The notes beneath the pieces are model-generated. The model was not told the origin of the DNA and did not search any database. It saw only the letters and a list, made by a program, of their open reading frames with translations. 64,000 bases of DNA from an uncultured Spirochaetales bacterium (lineage in GTDB: Bacteria > Spirochaetota > Spirochaetia > CAYRYS01). Positions 8,980 to 17,845 of this stretch are shown in pieces (the first letter of the stretch is position 1; each line of letters begins with the position of its first letter). The stretch covers positions 1,086-65,085 of the forward strand of contig CAYRYS010000002.1 of NCBI GenBank assembly GCA_964428555.1, in the 5' to 3' direction. Position numbers and translations under genes: made by a program.

Positions 8980-9768
8980 CTAAAATCCTGTGAAGTATTT
9001 TATTACTGTAAAGCTTTTTCTTAATATGCTCTGTTCAATCGGTATCCTTGGACCACTAATCAGTTTCGGGGCTTTGTATTCATGGGGCGGTTTTTTCGAA
9101 AAGTTTATTTGGCTTTCCTGGTCCTGTCCTTTAAACTGAATACTTACTTGGTTGGTGACCAATGCATCTTCTGCTGAGAAAAGACTGAGGTATTCAACCT
9201 GTATACAGCTCCTTTGGAAGGTGAGTGTGTTTCCTGTGGTGTTTTTAATCTGAACAGGACAGACTGCTTCTGTCATTACAGGATGGTAATCACAGTCCTG
9301 TGTTAGCAGGGAAGAACCAAGTGCATAGCTTAAAAAACCGGAATACATATCCCCAAACCATGTTTCAGATAAATCGACAATAGGAAGCTCAATTAGAAGG
9401 TCCTTCTTTTTTCCTGCCAAAGCTTGGACAAATAATGGGATGGTGAAAATGAAGGACCCGGATTGGCCGGGAAGTATACTAATATTTTGATTCGGTTTAA
9501 TGACTACCGGTTTATCAGGAAGCGTCGGCTTGAGCGTAAATAGGGGAGAGGAGGAATGAATAAATCGGTCCCATTCAACATCATCCGGATTTTCAGAACC
9601 AATCTGGAAATTTGCTTCGGTTTCTTCATTGTCATATGTATTTGTGTAGGCTATTTTCCATTCACCTTCTTTATGGTGTGCCCAAAGACTTAATGGTCCG
9701 AGTTTCCATGAATAGTTTTTTTGTGAGTCCAGGGGGTATTCCCTCCAGATAGTAGTGCTTTTCTTCAT
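8980..9768 (-). CDS. hypothetical protein (beta-rich, no TM helix, no motif recognised)
   Basis: A 262-aa ORF packed between neighbouring genes, with a 2-nt gap upstream and a 12-nt gap downstream, on the same strand. Coding is inferred from its length and operon context only. Confidence 0.55.
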   Translation of the reverse strand: MKKSTTIWREYPLDSQKNYSWKLGPLSLWAHHKEGEWKIAYTNTYDNEETEANFQIGSENPDDVEWDRFIHSSSPLFTLKPTLPDKPVVIKPNQNISILPGQSGSFIFTIPLFVQALAGKKKDLLIELPIVDLSETWFGDMYSGFLSYALGSSLLTQDCDYHPVMTEAVCPVQIKNTTGNTLTFQRSCIQVEYLSLFSAEDALVTNQVSIQFKGQDQESQINFSKKPPHEYKAPKLISGPRIPIEQSILRKSFTVIKYFTGF

Positions 9769-9770
9769 CT

Positions 9771-10739
9771 TTAGTAGTTTCTGCCTTTCCCTGAATCTGT
9801 TATTGACATGAGTTCCTTTGGGTAAGGATGCAGAAAGCTCTGATCTTTTAGCCAGTCATCTTCAAATCTGATAGCCCATGACTGGAGCAAGTGGAGCACA
9901 GTGCTGAGGGGAACTCTTTCATCACGATATTCTTCTGCAGTATTAAGAAAGAACTGCTTTTCATCCGAATTAAGGTTGTCCGATACGCCGCCGAATGCAT
10001 GGTGAAGTACATTAACAATAGATGAAAAATTCGGAGGCTCTTCGAATAAACTTCTGAGTACTGATTCGTATTCTGATATCAATTCATAAAAGTCCCGCTT
10101 TTTATGTGTGGCTACGATGTTTCCCAGTACCCTGAGCTTTGACTGACTGTATCCCATAAACAGGAGTTTGTTTTTTGTATGATACTCAAGCAGGGCTTGG
10201 AAATTATTCTCCTTTTTCACTTTGCGGAACCATGCAAGCGCCCATAAAGAAGTAAAGAAATGCTCGCGAATCGTGAAATTATTCAGTCTTCCTTCATCTT
10301 CCAAAGGATGGCCTGGAAACACTTCGCTCATTCTGCCGCCGAAAAAACCCGGCCCTTTTCCCGGTTGGCTTGGATTTTCTAAAGAATTGTATATCTTAAC
10401 ATCTTTAAATCCGCACGATGGAGAACGGGATTTTAAAATAATTCCGTCAATTTCAGGTAATGATGCTATGTATTCCTCGGTATATGTTTCCATTTCACGG
10501 GTGATTTTTTTCTGAGTAGCAGGCTGATACAGAATCCTTTCACCATTCTCATTAACTATTCGAATAGGGTCTCTCGGGACACCAAGGCCGATTTCTACTT
10601 CCGGACAGGAAGTAATAACTTTGGCAAATTGTCTCAGTCCAGAGACTGGATCTGAATTTATAGTTATCCCATTGTATCTGCAGCTTGCAAACCCAAGACA
10701 TTTACTGATAAATACTAGTGGCTCGATTTTTTCCGGCAT
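9771..10739 (-). CDS. DUF523 (TudS/2-thiouracil desulfurase-like) - DUF1722 (YbgA-like) fusion protein
   Basis: The N-terminus has the Cys-rich DUF523 pattern SKCLGFASCRYNG...CPEVEIGLGVPRDPIRI. The C-terminal half has the YbgA-like segment LLEYHTKNKLLFMGYSQSKLRVLGNIVA. Confidence 0.8.
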   Translation of the reverse strand: MPEKIEPLVFISKCLGFASCRYNGITINSDPVSGLRQFAKVITSCPEVEIGLGVPRDPIRIVNENGERILYQPATQKKITREMETYTEEYIASLPEIDGIILKSRSPSCGFKDVKIYNSLENPSQPGKGPGFFGGRMSEVFPGHPLEDEGRLNNFTIREHFFTSLWALAWFRKVKKENNFQALLEYHTKNKLLFMGYSQSKLRVLGNIVATHKKRDFYELISEYESVLRSLFEEPPNFSSIVNVLHHAFGGVSDNLNSDEKQFFLNTAEEYRDERVPLSTVLHLLQSWAIRFEDDWLKDQSFLHPYPKELMSITDSGKGRNY

Positions 10740-10748
10740 TGTAACTCC

Positions 10749-11462
10749 TTATCTTGCAAAATGAACCTCAACTTCTTTCATGGTACCATTAAATATGTCT
10801 TGGATATATGTTCTACCTCTCCTTTCCGCTGTTTCTAATATACCTTCTTCAATTGCTCTTGCTTCAGCATGGGATTGGATCACTCCGCTTAATTGCTGCC
10901 AGTTGCCTGGGGTAATATGAAATTCAGGATAGGGATAGGAGTCCGGTTGAAAATCTTCAATACTGGAATGAACAATCTCTGCATTAGGAAGGGTGATGAG
11001 AATACGGTCCTCTTCTTCTGTAATTGTAATCTCTCCTGAAGAATCCTCTGAGATATCGAATCCTGCAGTAATAATCGATGTTACAACCACAAAGCTTCTC
11101 GGGTTTCGTAATAAAGATAAGCCATACTCCTGCGCCATACGGTATACTTCTAGATATTCACGCTCCTGGTCTGTAAGCAGCTCAAGGTTCCGTCCAGCTG
11201 TGGACAGAATACTCGGCCAGTTTACATTTGCAGGAACAAAGTCGAATGGGAATACTGTTTCATAGATATACTGGACCGTGTGGATTTGAAAAATACTTCT
11301 AATTTGTGTAAGCATGATTTCTGAATGGGTCCTGGTCTCTGTTCGGATAATTTGGAAGTTTGGTAACAAAGCAGTTAAAGATGTATTAGTGAACAGCAGT
11401 ACAGCAGCAATAGTAGAAAACAGGATAACTGTTACTATCATGAGAAGGAGGATCTTTTTCAT
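10749..11462 (-). CDS. membrane-anchored DUF4230-like protein
   Basis: N-terminal TM anchor. The segment IRSIFQIHTVQYIYETVFPFDF and the overall ~230-aa layout resemble DUF4230. It has an ATGA overlap with the upstream paralogue. Confidence 0.5.
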   Translation of the reverse strand: MKKILLLMIVTVILFSTIAAVLLFTNTSLTALLPNFQIIRTETRTHSEIMLTQIRSIFQIHTVQYIYETVFPFDFVPANVNWPSILSTAGRNLELLTDQEREYLEVYRMAQEYGLSLLRNPRSFVVVTSIITAGFDISEDSSGEITITEEEDRILITLPNAEIVHSSIEDFQPDSYPYPEFHITPGNWQQLSGVIQSHAEARAIEEGILETAERRGRTYIQDIFNGTMKEVEVHFAR

Positions 11463-12022
11463 GGGGTCACCTCCTGTTCTTCAAAATAGGAAAACTCTAG
11501 CTCTCCCATATTCAGTGGAGTAAAAATCTCCCTGATAACACGTTCCCCGTTTGCCTGTGCAGTTTCAAGAATTCCTCTAGATACCGCATCGTTTTCTATT
11601 TCAGTCTTACCTATTGCAATGGGCCGATAATAATCAGAAAGCTCGATCTGTCTACCTCGCTGAAAGGAAAAGTATTCATGTATTGACTGTTCGTCCGCAT
11701 CAATAGAAAGAATCTCCGGTTCAGGTAGGTGTATTACTATACCGGATTCGGTACGGTTGAGAGAAACCCCATGGGTGAGATTGAATCCTGCATTTACTGT
11801 AATATTCACGGAGAAAAGGAGCTCTCTGTTTGATAATGAGAGAAAGAGTGCGGTTTCTTCTTCGCTGAAATAGATTACATCCCTGTATGTCATCTCAACT
11901 GTAGGAAGCAGTAATATTTCTTCTACTTGGGACCGTACTTCAGAAAGGGAAATTTCCGGTTCCTGGTTCTGGCAGCTGAAAAAAAGAACTAAAGTAAATA
12001 ATATAATAATACACTTTTTCAT
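11459..12022 (-). CDS. DUF4230-like lipoprotein
   Basis: Signal peptide with lipobox (LVLFFSC). The segment LLLPTVEMTYRDVIYFSEEE parallels the neighbouring paralogue. There is no SD, and a TTGTCT-18-TATAAT promoter ends 7 nt before the ATG. Confidence 0.5.
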   Translation of the reverse strand: MKKCIIILFTLVLFFSCQNQEPEISLSEVRSQVEEILLLPTVEMTYRDVIYFSEEETALFLSLSNRELLFSVNITVNAGFNLTHGVSLNRTESGIVIHLPEPEILSIDADEQSIHEYFSFQRGRQIELSDYYRPIAIGKTEIENDAVSRGILETAQANGERVIREIFTPLNMGELEFSYFEEQEVTP

Positions 12023-12029
12023 ACTGTCT

Positions 12030-12059
12030 ATTATACGATGTTATTCCTGTATTAGACAA
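12030..12059 (-). promoter_or_regulatory. sigma70-type promoter candidate (TTGTCT - 18 nt - TATAAT) for the 12022..7721 operon; likely gives a leaderless or near-leaderless mRNA
   Basis: On the minus strand, -35 is at 12059..12054 and -10 at 12035..12030. Only 7 nt (AGACAGT) separate the -10 from the ATG at 12022. Confidence 0.4.
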
Positions 12060-12089
12060 ATAGATTAATCTTCTTCAGCTGGCTGCTGT

Positions 12090-12701
12090 TTAGGCTCGCA
12101 GGTGCTTTCGAATTTCATGAAGCAGCTCTGAATGGGTTTGGGCAACCGGAATATTCTGATAGTCATTTACTATTGACTGTGGGGGGCGGAAAAGAACACC
12201 TTTTCCTGCTTCTTCAATCATGGTTAAATCGTTATATGAATCACCGGAAGCAATAACATTGTAATTCAATGCTTTGAGTGCTAGTACAGCTTTCCGTTTT
12301 CCGTCTTCTTGTCTGAGCTGGAAGCCGGTTATTTTGTTGGTGTTATCATCAACTATAAGAGAATTACAAAAGAGTGTCGGCCAGTCAAGCTGCCTCATCA
12401 GGGGTTTTGCAAACTGGGTGAAAGTATCTGAAAGTATGATTACCTGTGTTTCGCTGCGCAGGGTGTCCAGGAATTCTTTTCCTCCCTCTAAAGGAGCCAT
12501 AGAGCTGATAACATTTTGTATGTCCTGAAGTGTTAGGTTGTTTTCTTCGAGTATTGCAATTCTTCGGTTCATGAGCTGTGAATAGTCAGGAACATCTCTT
12601 GTTGTTAACCTTAGTTCTGAGATACCGGTCTTTTCAGCAAAGGCAATCCATATTTCCGGAACAAGAACACCTTCCAGGTCTAAACAAACAATATGCTGCA
12701 T
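12090..12701 (-). CDS. thrH: phosphoserine phosphatase / homoserine phosphotransferase bifunctional protein ThrH
   Basis: From MQHIVCLDLEGVLVPEIWIAFAEKTGI...TTRDVPDY...LSDTF..F..PLMRQL..PTL.C...QLRQ.D.KR...GDSYND the product is near-colinear with Pseudomonas ThrH as I remember it. An AAGGAGGG SD lies 6 nt before this ATG, so the 15 extra codons in the ORF track are probably not translated. Confidence 0.9.
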   Translation of the reverse strand: MQHIVCLDLEGVLVPEIWIAFAEKTGISELRLTTRDVPDYSQLMNRRIAILEENNLTLQDIQNVISSMAPLEGGKEFLDTLRSETQVIILSDTFTQFAKPLMRQLDWPTLFCNSLIVDDNTNKITGFQLRQEDGKRKAVLALKALNYNVIASGDSYNDLTMIEEAGKGVLFRPPQSIVNDYQNIPVAQTHSELLHEIRKHLRA

Positions 12702-12854
12702 ACATACCCTCCTTTTCTGTGCTTTGCAATTATACAAAAAGAACATGTCTTGTGTAACTCATTTATCTCTGTTTTCTTTTTTTCCTTGAGTTTTTTTTAA
12801 TGCTGTTCTAGGGTGGGATAAGGAGAGTCTCCGTTTTCCGGGCTGTATAAGAAG

Positions 12855-13019
12855 ATGATTGATCATTCTTTACTGGAATGTGTATGCAAGGCGTGCAGCC
12901 AGAAAACCGGGGTGCTAAAGGATGTGCAGCAGTTAGGATTGCCCTTAGCATCTGAAATGGATGGTCACCCTTCAATCGCCCGGTTTATTGAAGATGGATA
13001 TGAGATAATTTCTTACTAA
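12855..13019 (+). CDS. possible small Cys-rich ORF (54 aa) or gene remnant
   Basis: The ORF reads ATG...TAA and translates to MIDHSLLECVCKACSQKTGVLKDVQQLGLPLASEMDGHPSIARFIEDGYEIISY. It has a CxCxxC cluster and a D-x-H-x-x..GYEII tail faintly like a B12-binding motif. The SD is weak, and it sits in a 490-bp gap otherwise free of genes. Confidence 0.2.
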   Translation: MIDHSLLECVCKACSQKTGVLKDVQQLGLPLASEMDGHPSIARFIEDGYEIISY

Positions 13020-13236
13020 AAACTAAAGCTGGAAGAAAATGGGCAAAAAGAAATCCGTAATAGATGAAATTAATTCGGATATCTCTTTTGAGTTTCCGAA
13101 TGTATAATGAGCGTCTGACTTGATTATAAGACAGCGGTAAAAATCAGCTCCCTTTATTGACCTGTGTATCCTCTAGGTGTTAAAAATATAACAATAAATA
13201 AATCTGGAATACAGTTCAGTATGTGAGGGGTCCGGG

Positions 13237-13932
13237 GTGAAGAACAAAATAGCCTTTTTCATTGTAAGTATAATCATTTTATTCTGTGTTTCCTGTTTTG
13301 TTCCCCAAGGCGGAGAAACTCTATTGCATTGGGCAAGTGCAAACGGCCATACGGATATAGTAAGACAGGCAATAAGCACCGGAGCAGATGTTAATGCAGA
13401 GGACTTGAATCATGAGACGCCGCTGTACCTTGCTGTGCGCTATGGGCATTCAGAGATTGTGGAGTTTTTGCTGAGGGATGATCGAATTGTCCCTTCTCTG
13501 TACCCAAGAAACGGGACGCTTGTGCATGTTGCTGCCAGAGAAGGCCATTCGGATATTGTTGAAAGTTTAATACAGTGGGGACTGGATCCTTCTATTGAAG
13601 ATGAACACGGATATACTCCCCTCTATTTTTCATGCAAAAACAATCATCCGGATACAGCCCTTGTACTTGTGCAAAGCGGTGCTGTTCCGCAGGCTGAGCT
13701 CCCTGAAGGACGTACAGTGGCTCATTGGGCAGCTCTCTTGGGAGATTCTGAGCTTTTATCTGCCGCAATTAATGCAGGCATAGATCTTAATATATTAGAC
13801 GACTATCGAAAGGTCCCGTATCATTATGCAGCAGAACAGGAGAATTCTGAGCTTGTCACTATGCTGCTTGAGAATGGTGCGGACCCTTCAATTCCCTGGC
13901 CGGAGATAACAATTTGGGAATGGTTTTGGTAG
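13237..13932 (+). CDS. ankyrin-repeat protein with N-terminal signal peptide / probable lipoprotein
   Basis: GTG start after a GAGGGG SD. Hydrophobic leader IIILFCVSC. At least 5 ankyrin repeats are visible (TLLHWASANGHTDIVRQAISTGADVNA, TPLYLAVRYGHSEIVEFLL, TLVHVAAREGHSDIVESLIQWGLD, TPLYFSCKNNHPDTALVLVQSGA, VPYHYAAEQENSELVTMLLENGADP). Confidence 0.85.
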   Translation: MKNKIAFFIVSIIILFCVSCFVPQGGETLLHWASANGHTDIVRQAISTGADVNAEDLNHETPLYLAVRYGHSEIVEFLLRDDRIVPSLYPRNGTLVHVAAREGHSDIVESLIQWGLDPSIEDEHGYTPLYFSCKNNHPDTALVLVQSGAVPQAELPEGRTVAHWAALLGDSELLSAAINAGIDLNILDDYRKVPYHYAAEQENSELVTMLLENGADPSIPWPEITIWEWFW

Positions 13933-13945
13933 AGAGGCGGAATAC

Positions 13946-14677
13946 ATGGATTGGCAGCATTTACTAGAGAAAACAAAAGAGGTACTTGGGAAGACCGGAT
14001 CTGTATTGAAGGGGGTCTTTTCTTCAATCGGAACAGCAGTCACGTATGCGTGGAAACAGATTCAGAGGGCGGTGAAGCTGCGTCCTGTGCATTTTGTACG
14101 GGCTAAGATCCTTAGGTTTTATCTCCAGAGCAAGATTGATTCTCTCGGTTCAATCCAAGCATTTTGGCAGCCTGTACTCTGGGTAGCTGTGAAAGTTACT
14201 GTTGTTGTTCTGCTGTCAATAAAGATTTATAGCTTTCATGGAGCGGTTGGTAATTGGTTTGAAGAAGTGGTCGCCTTTTTTCGGCTTGAGGAAATCTATA
14301 ATTTTGACTTTCCCTCTTCGAGCTTTTTTCAGCGCATCTCCAGATATCTGTTTCTGTTTGTGATAGCTTACTATGGCTTGTATTTTCTGTACTATCAGAT
14401 TCTTGCCTTCTTTTCTGCCTTAGTAATTGATACAGAAAGTAATAGGGCGTATTACGTAAAAAATTCTCTGCTTTCTAAGGAACTATACATCCTCCCTCTC
14501 CCTGAAATGGATATGGTTGTTCTCAAGCAGAACCTGATTTTTCGATTGTTCAGTATGGGGTCGGTTGTTTTTCATAAAAACTCAGGAGAAACTATTACTG
14601 TCTCAAGTATTTTTATGGCGCCTTCAGCAGTAAAACTGCTTTCTGCTCAAAAGAAGGAAGAACCTGGAAAAGAGTAA
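13946..14677 (+). CDS. membrane protein with C-terminal bacterial PH (bPH_2/YdbT-like) domain
   Basis: TM helices are followed by NRAYYVKNSLLSKELYILPLPEMDMVVLKQNLIFRLFSMGSVVFHKNSGETITVSSI, which matches the bPH_2 pattern of a TM hairpin followed by a PH fold. It starts 13 nt after the ankyrin gene. Confidence 0.5.
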   Translation: MDWQHLLEKTKEVLGKTGSVLKGVFSSIGTAVTYAWKQIQRAVKLRPVHFVRAKILRFYLQSKIDSLGSIQAFWQPVLWVAVKVTVVVLLSIKIYSFHGAVGNWFEEVVAFFRLEEIYNFDFPSSSFFQRISRYLFLFVIAYYGLYFLYYQILAFFSALVIDTESNRAYYVKNSLLSKELYILPLPEMDMVVLKQNLIFRLFSMGSVVFHKNSGETITVSSIFMAPSAVKLLSAQKKEEPGKE

Positions 14678-14681
14678 AGAG

Positions 14682-16220
14682 ATGAATTCCAATGCAGCGG
14701 CACGCTCTTTATTCCTTCCAGTTCTGCTCGTGGGGATCTTCCTTGGTATCCTTTATTTTCTGTTTCATATGCACTTTATGCAGCAGTTTCTGGACTGGGA
14801 CCAAATTGTGTATGCGAATAATACCTATAGTGCTCTTGTTCCTGGAAGAATGCCACTATTAAATCCTCATCATCTTCATGTAGAGACCGGAAGCATGGTC
14901 TTCCATCAATTTATGTCAGAATACTTTGGAGATGCAGGATTTACTGATGTAATGTTTAACAATAGGATGAAATCCCTTCTTTTTGCTTCTATCGGTATTA
15001 TTTGCGCATTTCTTTTGCTGTACCGGATAACAGGCTCCATACTTCTATCATTGGCCGGCACCCTGCTTATTGGTGTAAGCCATGGATACCTTCATTATGC
15101 AACAAAATTCGACACACCGATATACCCAGCTGCAATTTTTATTGTGACTGTGTTTATTCTTGAAATATACAGGCATGCTGTGAAAAAACCCGTGGTTTGG
15201 CTCCTTGTTATCCCAACCGCTTTTCTTCTTTTTGCCGGTGTCATGGCACATCAGTATATGGGGCTTGTCTGTGTTTTGCTCTGTATAGCAATTGCACTTC
15301 CTCCATGGCTCTTCAATCTTCCTTGGAAGCCTGCACCTTTTTTATTGCATAGAAAGAAAGGTGTAGTTCCAGTACTCGAGACTAGCGCGCCCACACGGTG
15401 GGCTGCAGCAGTAAGTATTGCTGTTTTGGGAATTGTATTTATTGTTGCCGGATACTTTTGGGCCGGAAAGACAATGCAGAATCTTCCATTTCATGAGGAT
15501 GATCCTTCTGTAGGAAGGGGTGTTTTTCGCGATAGTATGTTTTACCAGTGGCTCTTTTTGTATGAAACCACGAGCGATCTGTGGGGAGATGGATTGGAAG
15601 AGTTTGCTCCTGAAGCTCCGCTGCGCGGATATACTGATGCATGGGTTGCCCAGCCGGGAAATGTAGACAGGTTTAACCGTAACTATTCCTTTGCTTATAA
15701 TTTCAGGGACTTTGATTCTGATACAGCAGTGATACACAATATCGTTGGACTCATCACTCTTATAACTCTTTTCGGCTGCGTCATCTATTTTCCCATACTC
15801 TGGGGCATGTATGGGCGCACCTTTTTCCTCGTGTTTGCAAGCTTTATTTCTTTTTCTTTGTTTACCACATACTGGGAACCATACTATTTTGAGTTCTGGC
15901 TTATTCCGCAGATATCGCAGGTGTTTTTATTTATTATGCTTATTGATGCTGTATTTACCAAGCTGAAGAAAGGCATTTCGGTAAACCTGAAGCCTCTTGC
16001 TGCAGGGATAGTGCTTTTCTTTGCATTTTCGCTCTGTGCGCATAACCAGTATTATTACCTGCTTCCCTATTCACGTACGAAACAGCTGGAAGGCTATTCC
16101 AGGGATTGGGATGAAGGGTATTATATGCCCTTGTACTCAGACGAGGTATACAGAAACCCGGATAATGTATACGGCAGTATATATAATACAGAGCCTGGTT
16201 CAGTGTTTTCGAGGGAATAA
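14682..16220 (+). CDS. polytopic membrane protein, GT-C-like glycosyltransferase candidate
   Basis: The 512-aa product has at least 11 hydrophobic helices. An acidic motif, LDWDQIVYANN, falls in the first loop after TM1, where GT-C enzymes (ArnT, PMT, PimE, Emb-type) carry their modified DxD motif. It starts 4 nt after the previous gene. Confidence 0.45.
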   Translation: MNSNAAARSLFLPVLLVGIFLGILYFLFHMHFMQQFLDWDQIVYANNTYSALVPGRMPLLNPHHLHVETGSMVFHQFMSEYFGDAGFTDVMFNNRMKSLLFASIGIICAFLLLYRITGSILLSLAGTLLIGVSHGYLHYATKFDTPIYPAAIFIVTVFILEIYRHAVKKPVVWLLVIPTAFLLFAGVMAHQYMGLVCVLLCIAIALPPWLFNLPWKPAPFLLHRKKGVVPVLETSAPTRWAAAVSIAVLGIVFIVAGYFWAGKTMQNLPFHEDDPSVGRGVFRDSMFYQWLFLYETTSDLWGDGLEEFAPEAPLRGYTDAWVAQPGNVDRFNRNYSFAYNFRDFDSDTAVIHNIVGLITLITLFGCVIYFPILWGMYGRTFFLVFASFISFSLFTTYWEPYYFEFWLIPQISQVFLFIMLIDAVFTKLKKGISVNLKPLAAGIVLFFAFSLCAHNQYYYLLPYSRTKQLEGYSRDWDEGYYMPLYSDEVYRNPDNVYGSIYNTEPGSVFSRE

Positions 16221-16224
16221 TATG

Positions 16225-16563
16225 TTATTTCAAAAGGAATACTCCGGAAGTGATGAGCAGAACTGCGATAAACCTTTGAAGCGTAAAATTCTCACCAAGA
16301 AGACCTACTGCAAGAAGAAAGGTGATTACATATCCGAGACTGGTAAATGGTCGGGCATAGCTCAGGTCAAAGTACTTGAGTACTGTCATCCATAGAATGA
16401 AACTGACTCCATAACAAAAAAAACCGGCAATTACACCCCAGGACTGCAGTAAGGAAAGATAAAATTCGAACCCTTCTTGTGGTATTCTGTTTATTCCGTA
16501 CTTAAAAAAGAACTGACCGAAAGCTCCGAGAGCGACAGACGAGAATAGCAGGAGGTATCCCAC
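16225..16563 (-). CDS. SMR/EamA-half four-TM protein, ArnE/ArnF-like lipid-linked sugar flippase candidate
   Basis: The 112-aa product has 4 TM helices. The pattern SSVALGAFGQFFFKYG ... YARPFTSLGYVITFLLAVGLLGENFT...ITSGVFLL parallels E. coli ArnE as I remember it. Confidence 0.6.
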   Translation of the reverse strand: MGYLLLFSSVALGAFGQFFFKYGINRIPQEGFEFYLSLLQSWGVIAGFFCYGVSFILWMTVLKYFDLSYARPFTSLGYVITFLLAVGLLGENFTLQRFIAVLLITSGVFLLK

Positions 16564-16564
16564 G

Positions 16565-16963
16565 TTAGACCTCTTTTTTTATGAAGACAAAGCGTTTGTC
16601 AAGAAAATACTTTGTAATATATCCAATGGTAAGTCCCAGGGCTCCGCCGATATATTTTGCATAGTCAGTTTGAAAGATAAAATGTGCGCTGAGTTCTGAA
16701 AACCAGAAAATTAATGTAGTAAACACACCCATGAATGAGTAGAGGAAAAACCTGGAGACATTTTCCGCATGTCCTGAAGTCTTATAGTAAAAAATAAAAC
16801 GCTTGTCTAACATGTATTTAACTATCAGTCCTGTTCCTGTTCCTGCAATTATTGCTAGGTATAGTGACAAGCTCCCGGAATAAATGAAAAGAACGGCCTT
16901 TTGCGTGGCTAGGTTGATTCCCATTGCTGTGAGCGCGAAAATTGTATATTTTACTGCAAGCAT
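16565..16963 (-). CDS. GtrA family membrane protein
   Basis: The 132-aa product has 4 TM helices and two copies of the GtrA hallmark (KYMLDKRFIFYYK and KYFLDKRFVF). It lies 1 nt upstream of the ArnE-like gene. Confidence 0.8.
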   Translation of the reverse strand: MLAVKYTIFALTAMGINLATQKAVLFIYSGSLSLYLAIIAGTGTGLIVKYMLDKRFIFYYKTSGHAENVSRFFLYSFMGVFTTLIFWFSELSAHFIFQTDYAKYIGGALGLTIGYITKYFLDKRFVFIKKEV

Positions 16964-16971
16964 ATGTTCTC

Positions 16972-17844
16972 CTATCCTGTAAAAACAAGCAGTCCGATAA
17001 TTGAGAGGGCCCAGAGGATGCAGGTTACTATAATTGATATATCGGTAGTTACCGCGTCAGTAGGATCTTCAATATCCGGATCAGTGAATAGCAAAAGAAT
17101 GTACCGGAAAATACCGTAAATTACAAAAGGAACAGTAAATATAATACTGGAAGTACCGGTCCTGCTGATAACCTCAATATCGATCGAGTACATTGCGTAG
17201 CAGATAATTGTTAATGCAGAAGATATAATAATAAAGATGTTCAAAGTTTCTAGAGAATACTCCTGCAGTACCTTTCTGGTATTGTTTTCTTGAACGTGGG
17301 CCAGCTCGTTTCTTCTTTTTCCGAACCCGAGAAAAAGTGAAAGGCAGAAGGTGGTAAGAAGCATCCAGTTTGAAAGCTGGACTCCAATAGCAAATGTACC
17401 TGCTGTCACTCTAAGCACAAATCCAAGTGCAATAATGATGACATCCAGAATAGGGAAGCTTTTGAGCCATTTAGAATATATAATATTCATTGTTATGTAG
17501 AGACAGATTACAACACCGGTTTGCAAGGTGCTGAATGAAAGCAGCAATACGGTTAAGAGCCCAAGTCCTAGTAAAAGCGCTGCTGCTTGTGTTACTGGAA
17601 CTCTTCCGCTGGCAATAGGCCGGTCCTTTTTCTTCGGGTGCAGTCTGTCCTGGTGTTTATCAAGGATATCATTGAGTATATATACAAATGAAGAGGCAAA
17701 ACAAAACGCAAAGAACGTTGTGGAAAGGTGAACCAGAATTATCTGCTCCACCCGGAGGGTGAAAAGAAATGGTGCAAGCACAAAGGCATTTTTAATCCAA
17801 TGCTTTATCCGAATAAGGGATACTATATCCTGGATTTTCTTCAT
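16972..17844 (-). CDS. UbiA-family prenyltransferase of the decaprenyl-phosphate 5-phosphoribosyltransferase (Rv3806c-like) type
   Basis: The first Asp-rich motif is NDILDKHQDRLHPKKKDRPIASGRV. The H-P-x-K-x-x-R-P-I-A-S-G context is the one I associate with the polyprenyl-phosphate phosphoribosyltransferase subgroup rather than with quinone or haem prenyltransferases. About 8-9 TM helices. Confidence 0.75.
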   Translation of the reverse strand: MKKIQDIVSLIRIKHWIKNAFVLAPFLFTLRVEQIILVHLSTTFFAFCFASSFVYILNDILDKHQDRLHPKKKDRPIASGRVPVTQAAALLLGLGLLTVLLLSFSTLQTGVVICLYITMNIIYSKWLKSFPILDVIIIALGFVLRVTAGTFAIGVQLSNWMLLTTFCLSLFLGFGKRRNELAHVQENNTRKVLQEYSLETLNIFIIISSALTIICYAMYSIDIEVISRTGTSSIIFTVPFVIYGIFRYILLLFTDPDIEDPTDAVTTDISIIVTCILWALSIIGLLVFTG

Positions 17845-17845
17845 A

